Assembly: GCA_016748015.1 (NCBI GenBank)
Contig: JAAOMT010000057.1
Coordinates: 390,763-454,762 of the forward strand
Length of the DNA: 64,000 nt
From: Geosiphon pyriformis uo1
Lineage: Eukaryota > Fungi > Glomeromycota
Direction of reading: 5' to 3'
Position 1 is the stretch's first letter; each line of letters begins with the position of its first letter. Shown in pieces: positions 25,225 through 37,183 of this stretch. The notes beneath the pieces are model-generated. The model saw only the letters and a list, made by a program, of their open reading frames with translations. It did not search any database and was not told the origin of the DNA. The translations under genes were made by a program, and so were the position numbers.

Positions 25225-27360
25225 TACAACCTCTCAAACCAAACTAACTTAATTATTAGTAACTCCTTCACAAACAAACACGATAATGGACTTGGACAAC
25301 TACTCTGCTTTAATAAATTTCTGGATAAAGGACAATACCCACTAAAATACACTTGACAGTAAAGAGAACATTGGCAAAAACAATCAAATTTCTATTTGAT
25401 CTGCCAGAACCAATTATACAAAAGAAACAAAAAAGATCTTGACCATCCTCAAAGAGTTATCAAATTTGAAGAAAGAGAAATTGTAATATACAACATGCAC
25501 ACTAACCCATTAGCTGAACACTTTGGAAAAACAAAGACAATTCAGAAAACTTTAGCTCACTATTATTGGCCTATCTTGAGAAAAAACATTGCTGAATACA
25601 TCAAAATCTGTAATATCTGTCAAAGAAAAGGCAAACCCAATTGCAAAGAAAATATCCATCCAATTTCTGTTGGTCAACCATTTAACAGAATTGGTATAAA
25701 TGTTGTTAGATCTTTAACAATAACTTCTGATGGCAACAGATACATTATTACAGCTACTGACTATCTTACAAAATGGGTAGAAGCAAGAGCCACTCCAGAC
25801 CAAACAGCAGTCTCAATAGCCAATTTTATTTATAAAGATATCATTTGCTGTTATGACTGCTCCAAAGAACTTTTATCTGATAGAAGAAGAGCTTTTTACA
25901 GTATACTGATTGAAAAACTTTGTAGAAAAATAGGAATACATCATAAACTTTTCTCTCCTTATCACTCCTAAACAAATGGCCTAGTAGAATGTTTTAATAG
26001 AACACTATGTGAAATTCTAGCCAAAACCAGTAAAGAAACAAACTTATGGGACAAAGTACTGCTTTCAGCTTTGTTTGTTTATAGAACTGTGAATTATGAC
26101 ATAACAAGTTATGAATCTTTTTATCTGCTCTATGAACACATGGCAACACTACCAATAGAAACTGACATTGAAACAATACTCTTTGAAAAAATCACAATAG
26201 GAAATTACAAAAACATTTTGCAAAGAAGACTTGGTACTATTCTTGACCTCTTGGTAAAAGCACAAATAATTGCTTTTGAAAAGATAAAACAGTTCTAAGA
26301 AAAGCTTAAGAAAAAAAAAACCTATAAAACACTTTCTTTAAGTGTTGGTGACTTGGTATTGGAATATTGTTCAGACAAAGACAATGTCTATAATAATAAA
26401 TTCTCTAGCCGGTATTACTCATAAAAAGAAAACAGATATAGAAAAATAGTAAACCAATAGGAGAGTAGTAGTTAGCATGTGAGCACATTGCTCAGCAATG
26501 TAGAACAATGTCAAAAATCATGGCACATGGCTCAGCAATATGGAGCAATATCAGAAATTATGGTATATCACTTAGCAATATGAAGCAATGTCAAAAAAAT
26601 ATGGCACATTGTTCAGCAATGTGAGCATTGCTTGAGAAATTATAGTACTTCATTCGAGAATATGAGTGATCTCATAGAACTCAAATTATGTATATATAGT
26701 GGTAGCATTAGAAGTAAAAAAGACAGACCTCTTAGTTTAGATTTTATCTAAGCAACTTTTTAATCCACAAATATTAATAAATAATTATTCTCTATCTCAA
26801 ATTCACTTCTATTATTAACACTCCATGTTAATAGTAATTGATACTTAACCACACTAGAACAATAGCTCTTGATCACAGCTATTGACGAGATACTAACTTG
26901 CAATTGCTTTTGTTATTTCTTTATTTTCTTTTATTTCTTTTGTTATTCTTTGATTTTTTCTAAGTGATTAAAAATTAAGCACTGAGGTACAGACATCATA
27001 GGAACTTGTAAAAGACCCATGAAACAAGGGTAGAACACTCATAAATTTGAGGATAGCTTACCAGAAAAATTACCAGCCACCATGTTGAGAAAGAAATTTG
27101 ATAGAATTGCAATTCCGAAAGGCTATTGAAAACAACTATTAAATCTCTGTCCATTATACAAAGAACTTAACCAAAACCTTCAGATACCAAAACCTTCAGA
27201 CAACCATACCTTCAGAAATTAACAACATCACTATATTCATCAAGCACCAAGTTACAGGTTTGTTATTTGCTTTGAAACCCCAAATAATTATCTGTAACAT
27301 TTGGTGCTTCCTGTGAGGTATAATCTTACAGAGAACAGCACCAACAACAATTATCCAAAG

Positions 27361-29400
27361 GTGGCAGAATCAGAGATCATAAGAGCAAACCACTTAGGAT
27401 TTGCCAAAGCCTTATTTCAACAGTACAGCCAACAATTAGAATTAAACAACAACTATTATACAGCAGAATCTGCTTTCAACTTCTACATCAATGATAAAAT
27501 CACAGACTGCTTAGAAGAAACAGTTAACATTAAATCCACAAGAGAAAATTTCTATACAGAATTATTCTAACATACCAGCTTACCAAGAAATTAAAGTTTT
27601 GCACCAATCATCAGAGAAATCAATCAAATCATTGAAAGATACACACAACAACAATTCCCAATCACCTATGCAGATAAAAGAAAAAGAAGACTACAAACAC
27701 CAACAGTGACACCAAAAAGAATCCAACCACTTACTTGAAAGAAAACTAGAGTTAAATCACCAACAAACCTATCATACCACTACACACCTGGAAGCGCCAT
27801 TAACATCTTATCAACAGGTGCATCAATATTACACACAACATCAACATTTGGATGACTTCCATTTCAAAGTAAACAAAAGAAAGCAGAATTACTAGAAACC
27901 TATAGCAATTATTTTGAAGGATTTAAATTGTGATTGTCAATACCATCAGGATTTTGATTACTGCTATCTTAACCAGATTTTGGAAACATGAGTCTCTGGA
28001 AGATAATAGAATCAGAAGAGAAGAAAGAAAAAGAAGCCAAAGATCAAGAATTTACTTACCAAAACCTGATCTTAGAAAATCCGGAAATTGAAACTCCAAA
28101 CTTTCAAACTCCTCAAAATCCAAACAATACAAACTCTGAAACAATTAATCAGCAAAACTTACCTCCAGTAATCATTATTGATCAACCATCAATTGAACTG
28201 ATTATTAAACTGATTCAATAGCAGCCACTTCAACCACCCCAACAACCACAACAGCTGTCTCAACAGCCACAACAACAACTTCAACAACCAAACTTGGACC
28301 CAATGGCTTGTGCTCTAATAGCAAAACTTAAAAAGTTCACTGGCAAAAAAGACGACACTCAAATATGGCTCAACAACATTGAAAAGACCATTACAGCAAA
28401 TGGATGGAATAACACAAGAGCCCTTCAAGTCATCCCTTACTTTCTCCAAAATATTGCCAATTCATGGTAACAAAGTCTAGTTAACAAACCCCAAGATTTT
28501 AATGCATTCAAGCTTGCATTTCTACAATACTTTAATAATAATAATAGCATCAATCAGTTGACAAACACTTTTACCACTATCAAGCAAGGAGAAAATGAAG
28601 CAGTTACTACTTATTTAGGATGCTTTTACAAAAATTTGTGCCAAATTCAGGCCATACAGGCTGATTATTTTACAGCACCACAAATCCTAAATCAATTCAT
28701 CAGAGACTTGCGCAGTAGCATCCTCCAACACATATGTCCAATGCATCCAGTAGATCTTCAAGCTGCAGTTACAAATGCCAGAAATTTTGAAACAACTAAA
28801 CTTGAAGCTAACTATGCCCAAACTGTTAATCTAGTAATGAATGAATCATCTGAATTGAATTTCAAATTAAAACAATTTGATTCTATTAATTAAAAATTAG
28901 AGGAATACTTAACTGACAATCACACAATTTATTAACCACCACAATGATGCAATAATTCCAGAAACATGAATTGTTTCCAGAATCAGTCATGTTCAACATC
29001 TTTGACCAATTAACAGTGGCAGCAGGAGACATGTGCTTGCCACTATTGTAATAAACAAGGACATTTACAGTTTGAATACCATAAATGACTAAATGAACAA
29101 AAATCAAACTATTAATATTGAAATTTTGATCGCAACTACAAACTCAAAATTATGTCAGTAATCAATCACCAAAACTGTATCAACCAAATTACCTACCTAT
29201 AACACAACAGCCAATCTATCAACCACCAATTTATTAGCCAACAACACCCATTAGTTATCAACCACAGCTCCAACTCATTTATCAGCTACAGTTTCAGGTA
29301 ATTTATCAGCTCCAACAAATTCAAACACCACTGCAGAACTTACTTCAAAATAGAATTCAAAAACTAAGATTGACACAACAGAGCTGGAAATTGTCAATAG
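27361..29400 (+). pseudogene. gag: gag of F
   Basis: VAESEIIRANHLGFAKALF; TTIKQGENEAVTTYLG; ACHYCNKQGH. Confidence 0.82.
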
Positions 29401-29689
29401 TGGTTTATCAACCAATCCCCAGTTCTCCAAACCAGTCATCAAGATCTTGACAACAGAATTTGGGCACCAAAAACTCCCAAAACCCGAATGTCCAACACTA
29501 TTTAAGTCTTCTGGTTACCCCAAAAGACACCTCACCCAACCAACAGAAACCCAATCAACACAAATTACTTATCAGCAATATACTTCCAGCCACCATAACC
29601 AACAACAAATTGCTAGCCACAATTTTTTCATTTGAATTCGAAAAAACCATACCAGTCCTATTATTCAGTGAAGCCACTCTTGACACCAA

Positions 29690-32600
29690 ACCAATTACCA
29701 CCATGTACACTGACGCAAAGGTTGATGATCACACCATTAAATTGATACTAAACAGCAGATCAACTGGCAACATCATTACACAACAACTTATAGACCAATT
29801 AGGTCACCGAGTTGATTGCGCTGCTAGCACTTGCATAATTACTGCTGATAGGGCAATCAAAACTCCTATTGGTAAAATTGATGACTTCTCTTTTGAAGTT
29901 AATGGTATTATTGTCTTAATCAAAGTACTGGTCATGGAAGCCACCTAATACCAAGCACTTGTTGATAATGATTGGCTATCCAAAACCAATGCATTGCTTG
30001 ATTGGAATACACAGGAGCTTCAAATTAGCCAGAACGGCTAACACACATGTGTATCAGTTACATGTGGCCATTTCAAGACCACTAACTTGACAACACCACT
30101 CATTGAGTTCGAGAAAAAAGAGAAGAAACTTACCTGGGAAGCCTATCAAATGTTATGGGCTGAAAAAAACCACAACAAGTTACTACCAATACTCTTTTGG
30201 GACAATAATAGAAAAGGAAAACAAAAGCAAAGACTTACTTGAAATGCTGACCAAGACTGAAAAACCAACAATGACTCAAATGAACTACTAACCTGGGAAT
30301 GGAAAGAAGCTAACAAAGGAAAAAAAAAAGGAAGGAAAAAGATATAACCAAAGAAACCACCATCACAAAAGAAATAACTAGTGGCTGGAAAAGAGAATAC
30401 TCATGGAAACTGATCAAGGAGCTATCATATATACCTCTCAAATACAAGGACTATGGGAAAAAACTTTCTTCTATGAGAGCTTGGATCATGCCAGACAAAG
30501 ATTATTGGATGCGAACCCACTATTATTGCAAGCCATGCCACCACAAACGCTATGGCTACCCAAAAAGACAAGACAAGTGGAACAATAAACCATGTCTTGC
30601 TTGTAGCGAACAATTATTGGACAAAAGAATATGGAATGACATTCCTGGACGAAGAGAAATGTACAATGCTTTATGCCAATACATGATCTTTATCAGCGAT
30701 TGGGTGAGTCATAGTACACCAATAACTGCCGCCTGACATCATACAATATCTCGCTTAGATGGTTACCCACATGACAAAGATGAGATCTGGTGGATGGCAA
30801 ATGCCAAAATAGAAGGTGCCATGCCTAGCAAAATATTGGAAATCAAGAACAACCCTCTAGAGCCAGTCAACATTGTTCTGATTTCCAACCCAGATGCTTT
30901 CTTGGACCTAGAAACAGGCCCAGAAGAATTCCATAAGCACTACCAAAATTTGGCATTAACAAGAGAGGAACAAAAGCAGTGTTTAGCTCAAATAAACACC
31001 CAACTATGTGACTATTGTTTGATCTCATGTGACTTTCAATATTGTAATGAGTGTGATTTTATTTACAATCTACCATCATGCATGATCTACATGATTCCAG
31101 AGGAGGAACCAATTAATAACTGCACATCAGAATCAGAATTAACTTTCAATCCTGATTCAAACTCCAACAATGATGATGCCAAAAACAATGGTTCCAGTTT
31201 CACTCAGTATGGCAACAAAAATAACAATGATTCGAACTCCAATTCAAACTCTAAAACATATATCACACTCCTTGATCTTACCAAGAAACAAAAACTCAAA
31301 TAGTATAGTGACAATAATAAAGGTATCATGCCAGAACGTACACATAATACTGATGCAGAATTTGATTTAAGATATCCAGGAAAATATTCCATCAAATTAG
31401 AACCCCATTTGTGCATCAGTATTGATCTTAAGATAGTATTAGAAATTCCAGCAACAACAATGGTTCAGTTAGCATCTAAGAATAGCCTAGCAAAAAAGGA
31501 AATCAACATCAGAGAAGGAATAATTGATATAGGATATGTAAGAAATATTATTGCTATGCTACAAAATGATTCAAAAAAGACATATATTATAGATCCAAAT
31601 GAAAAAATAGCATAGACAATATTTCTATCTCTGGTGAAAGTAGCTCAACTAGTATCAGTGGTTTACAGATAAAGCAAATATTATCTGCTCCAACCAGAAC
31701 AATTGGAATAAATAAACATAAAGAATCTAAACCCACTCCAACAGATGCAACTAAAGATGTTACTCAACAATTTCAATGACATCTTTGCCAGTGAAAACAA
31801 ATTTGGCAGAACTGACATAATCCAGCATCAAATTAAAACTGGAAATGCAATGCCAATTAAACAAAGAGTATACAGAGTACTACCAGCCAGCCATGAAATC
31901 ATTCATCAAGAAATCAACCAGATGCTTGACAGTGGGTTAATTCAACCATCAATAAGCCCATAGTCATTACCAGTGGTACTGGTTCATAAGAAGAATGAAA
32001 AAATCCATTTTTGTGTGGACTACCAAAAACTGAATGGAGTAACTAAAGGTAATAGCTATCCAACCCCAAAGATCCAAGAATTATTTGATGCTTTCAAAAG
32101 GAAGAAATGGTTTTCAAAATTAGATTTAGACAGTGATTATTGACAAGTAGTCATAAAGCCAAAAGATAAGGAGAAAATGGCTTTCATAACACGAGAAAGG
32201 AACTTTGAATTTGAAGTTATGCCATTTGGATTGATGAATGCTCCAGCAATATTCCAATGGCTCATGGAAATTGTTTATACTGAATTACTATAAAAATCAG
32301 TAGTTGTTTACTTAGATAATACCAATGTGTTCTCAAAAACATTTGATGATCATCTGCATTATTTCCAACAAGTGTTTGAAAGATTAAGAAGAGCCAAATT
32401 AAAACTAAATGCAACCAAATGTTTCTTTGGAAAAACTGAACTCAAGTTTTTGGGACATGTTGTGAACAAAGATGGAATCAAAATGGATCCAGACAAGATT
32501 GAAATTGTCAAAAACTTTCCAGTACCAAATAATCTTACAAAATTGAAAACATTCTTGGGATTTGCTGAATACTACTACCACTTCATTAAAGACTTTTCCA

Positions 32601-33112
32601 AAATAGCTCAACCACTACACCAGCTCCAAACAAAAAACACCAAATATAAATGAACAGAAACCCAACAAAAAGCTTTTGATATATTAAGAAGAAAGCTTAT
32701 TCAAGCCCCAATACTGATTTATCTGAATTATAGCAAGCCATTTATAATTACAACTAATGCATCTGGTCAAGCATTGGGAGCAGTACTATTGCAAAAAAGA
32801 CCAGATGAAAGAAAGCATCTAGTAGTTTATGCCAGTAGAAGCTTAAGTCCAGCAGAAAAAAACTATGGAACTCCAACACTGAAACACTTAGCTATTTATT
32901 GGGCCATCATCAAATAGAAAGAATACTTGAGTCAGAAGTTTGATGTATACACTGATCACAAAGGATTGACTTTAATCCAAAAACAAGAATTTAGAGACAA
33001 TTGCCATGTCAGATAGAAAATAGAACTTTCACTATTCAATTATACAATACATTATAAAAAAGGAAAAAATAATGGAAATGCCAATAGTTTGTTACAAATG
33101 AGACAAATCTAA
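29690..33112 (+). pseudogene. pol: pol of F: PR, Cys-rich domain, dUTPase (31328-31660), RT, RNase H
   Basis: KLILNSRS; HNTDAEFDLRYP..ASKNSLA..EGIIDIGYVRNI..EKIA; MPFGLMNAP; TNASGQALGAV. Confidence 0.92.
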
Positions 33113-33141
33113 AACATTTTAACCCAAAAATATAACAAAAA

Positions 33142-34507
33142 ATAAATATACAAAAATACCAACAACTCCAACATTATATAAATATCCAATTGTTCAAGGA
33201 GAAATTATCTCAAAAAGAACAAAAGAACATAAAACAACAATCAAAATATTTTATCAACCATCAAAATATACTTTACCAGAAGAACAGAAAAAAGCCAGAT
33301 CAATCAACCAGAGAAAGAGACAATATTATTCAACATGCACTTAGATTCAACAGCAGAACATTTTTATAAAAAAGCAACCATAGAAAGAACCAGAAAAAAA
33401 TATTATTGGCCATTAATGTATCCAGACATCATCCAGTATATTCAAAATTGTGATGCTTGTCAGAAAAGAAAAGAAACAAAACCCAGTAAACCATTTAGAC
33501 CAATCAAAGTGGGACAACCATTTGACCATATTGGAATTGACTTAATTGGACCATTAGTAATTACCAGCAGAGGCAACAGATATATTGCAGTAGCTATGGA
33601 TTATCTCACAAAATAGCCAGAAGCAAAAGCCATTCAAAGAGCAGATGCAGAATCTATTGCTGAATTTGTCCATTAAAATTTGATCTGTCAACATGGATGT
33701 TCAAAAGAACTACTATCAGATTAAGAAATCCACTTTGTGAACAGAACATTGACAGAATTAAGTCAAAGATTTGGAATTAAAAGACCATTGTCATCATCAT
33801 ACCATCTACAAACCAATGGATTAGTAGAAAGATTCAATAGAATATTGTGTAAAGCAATTGCCAAAATCAGTCAAGAAAACCAGAACAAATGGGATTTGTT
33901 CATACCATCAGTATTATTTGCTTATTGGACAATGAAGTAAGATACCACACAAGCAACACCATTTGAATTGGTATACGGTAGAACAGCAATATTACCAGTT
34001 AAGATAAAGGTCAATACATATTCAACTGAACCAATAACAGAAGATAATTTCCAAGAAACATTGTTGAGACAAACCTATGACCTAATGGAAACACTAGAAA
34101 ACAGACAACAAAAAGCAGCTGATAATATCCAAAAATCACAAGAAAAGCAAAAAGAATGACACAATAACTAACTACCAAATAAACCAGTTAAATTCAAGAT
34201 TGGAAACAAAGTATTATTACATTGTATCAAAGCGGAAAAACAATGGAGTGGAAAATTTGACTCCAAATGAGATGAACCATTTTACATAAAAGAAATTCTA
34301 GGAAATGGAGCTTATAAATTAAAATGGGACAACAAAATCTTAGCCAAAGCAGCACATGGTAATCAACTAAAACAATATAACCAGATAGCATCATCATCCA
34401 TCAATAACATTTCACAACTGGGAGTACAAAGAATATTAGTTTAACCAGATGAGATTCCATGAGATCTGGAACCAATCATAGTTATTGAACCAAACACGTC
34501 AAATTGA
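33142..34507 (+). pseudogene. Integrase of F
   Basis: HLDSTAEHF..CDACQK; PFDHIGIDLIGP; QTNGLVERFN. Confidence 0.92.
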
Positions 34508-34562
34508 ACAACCAAAAGAGTATATAAAGACACAGTACATGTGACAAAAGCAACCAAGAAAA

Positions 34563-35198
34563 ATAGAAATACCAAATCATATTCACAGTATAACTTAACA
34601 ATTGTTCTAAGCCTTAAGTAAACAACAGTTAGACATGGAAATTATTATTAACAACCAAATAATTTGCTATCAAAACATCCAAAAAAAGACAAAAAATACA
34701 CCATATTAGTGGCCACTAAAGAATAATCAAAACTGAACAGATAACTTAATAGAAAAAGTGAAGAACACTTTTGAGAAAATACCTATTATGGCACCAACAG
34801 AAGAGCTTACAAAAAAAAATTAGAAGCAATGAACAGAATGACTTCCAATATCATATTGCTACTACTAGTTAGGTCAAAAGTTAAATATTCAGAAGTTGTA
34901 TATTGACAAATCCAAGAGAATATTCAACCAAGACATAATACAACAAATAAAAGAATTTATTGGAAAGAAAATGAATTCAACATTACATGTTAAGACAATG
35001 TACTGACTACACAACATATTTTGGAACTATCCAGAAATACTGTTACACTTTGACATAGAAACCATAACCATTAACCAATAGGGAAGAATGAACAATACAC
35101 AAGTAGAAGATGTAAGAAACAGAGTCAAACAAACAATACTTGAAAAAGAAGTATTAGAATTAATTCAAAACAAAGATTTTGATGCAGCTCAATATTAA
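34563..35198 (+). pseudogene. ORF3 of F
   Basis: Colinear with ORF3 of A; start ATG>ATA; ends DAAQY* at the PPT. Confidence 0.75.
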
Positions 35199-36341
35199 AA
35201 AGAAGGAGATAATGTTACTCATAAAAAGAAAACAGATATAGAAAAATAGTAAACCAATAGGAGAGTAGTAGTTAGCATGTGAGCACATTGCTCAGCAATA
35301 TGGAACAATATCAGAAATTATGGCACATTGCTCAGCAATATGGAGCAATGTCAAAAATTATGGCATATCACTCAGCAATGTGAAGCAATGTCAAAAAAAT
35401 ATGGCACATTGCTTAGCAATATAAGCATTGCTTAAAAAATTATAGCACATCACTCGAAAATGTGAGCAATCTCATAGAACCCAAATTATGTATATATAGT
35501 AATAGCATTAGAAGTAGAAAAGACAGACCTCTTAGTTTAGATTTTATCTAAGCAACTTTCTAATTCACAAATATCAATAAATAATTATTCTTTATCTCAA
35601 ATTCACTCTCATTATCAACACTCTATGTTGATAGTAATTGATACTTAACCACACTGAAACAATAGCTCTTGATCACAACTATTAATAGAATATTAACTTG
35701 TAATTGCTTTTGTTATTTTTTTATCTTCTTTTATTTTCTTTTATTTCTTTTGTTATTCTTTGATTTTTTTCTAAGTGATTAAAAATTAAGCACTGAGGTA
35801 CAGACGTCATAGAGACTGGTAAAAAACCCATAAAACAAAGGTAGAACACTCATAAATTTAAGGATAACTTATTAGAAGGATTACTAGCCACCATGCTAAG
35901 AAAAAAATTTGATGGAATTGCAATTCCGGGAGACTACTGAAAACAACTATTAAATCTCTGTCCATTATACAAAGAACTTAATCAAAACCTTCAGATACCA
36001 AAACCTTTAGACAACCATACCTTCAGGAATTAACAACATCACTATATTCATCAAACACCAAGTTATGAATTTGTTATTTGCTTTAAGACCCCAAATAATC
36101 ACCTATAACACCAGTGAAAAGGACTCTTTATAGTCAACAAAGTTTTGAACAATGGTTTTTATATTCTTCAAGATCAATCCAGAACAATCTTCAATAATTG
36201 TCCTGTTCATGGTACACAACTCAAGAAATATCATAAACAACCTGATTGGCTGCCTGTTGTGGTAATACCAACTCAAATAATCATCAAAAATCAAGTATAA
36301 ATAAATGCATCATTCCCAAAACAGAGGTATTTTCAATTAAT

Positions 36342-36964
36342 ATGAACAATTATTTTCTGGATCAAAACATTCAAAATGCCTTCTATACTCTCCATAAGTA
36401 TTGAATCAAAAACTATCCAAATGCTACTCTGACCATTGGAAAACAAACCACTATAACTGATAACAGTAGAACACATACTGTTATTAAACCAAAGAAAACT
36501 ACTACTAAAAAAAAAAATTGGTAGTAAAATGAATAAATATCTGTTAAAAAGTATAATAACAGCTATACTTCTACCTTCCAACACAATTGGAAAAACACTT
36601 CAAGAAATCTTACCCATAGACAAAAATTTGTTATATGGAAGGCAATTAGAACTCTATGGTTACCTTAGTGAAATCATAGAGAATATGAACTCATGAAAAA
36701 AACAACTTCAGAGATACAGGCAGAAATTTTGGACATTATATGATTAGATGTCTTAAGAGTTTTAACTATTGTTAAAAAAACCAAAACTCTAATACAAAAA
36801 TTTGGTCTTTTGGATACAAAACTCATTTTGTTTCAAGTGTTATATATCTTATCCACAAAAGATTTCAACAAACTAGTTAGCTTTGAATTAGATAAAACTT
36901 TTCAAATAGATTACCTCATAAATAGCTTGATTTTGCTGGAGCTCAATCTCTTTGGAGAAGATGA
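36342..36964 (+). pseudogene. Putative ORF3 of E (divergent)
   Basis: Same position between the IN stop and the PPT; TATAAATA ~46 nt upstream; fragment DTKLILFQVLYILSTKDFNKLV. Homology to the other ORF3s is only suggestive. Confidence 0.5.
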
Positions 36965-37055
36965 TATTACAGTTAAAACTTATACTTCTTATTAATTATC
37001 ACATGTATTAGCCACTGATGTCATATAAATTAGCCACACTATTTTTAGATAGTAA

Positions 37056-37183
37056 TCATTGACCTGATCAATGACCTGACCATTAACCTGATCATTGATC
37101 TGATCATTGATTTGATCAATAACCTGATCATTGACCTAATCATTGACTTAATTATTGACCTAGTTATTGACTTGATTATTAAC
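37056..37183 (+). repeat. 12-bp tandem repeat (CATTGACCTGAT) in U3 of the E 3' LTR, about 10 copies
   Basis: Seen directly. Only about 3 copies are present at 20404-20447 in the 5' LTR. Confidence 0.9.

Larger units (their letters stand above)
26413..36110 (+). mobile_element. Complete LTR retrotransposon 'F' (A family, dUTPase-bearing)
   Basis: LTRs 26413-27299 and 35213-36110; TSD CCGG 26409-12 / CCAG 36111-14; PBS at 27302; PPT AAAAAGAAGGAGA. Confidence 0.95.
25286..36300 (+). pseudogene. Integrase of E (25286-26412 and 36115-36300), split by F
   Basis: HTNPLAEHFG..CNICQR; TDYLTKWVEA; LLSDRR; NGLVE; KFSSR|*KGLFIV rejoins across F. Confidence 0.9.

Noticed and set aside
27300-27318. tRNA gene
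   Set aside because: Only an ~18-nt complement of a tRNA 3' end (PBS).
34200-34507. Chromodomain at the IN C-terminus
   Set aside because: Only the GPY/F module and a short EPIIVI tail are present.
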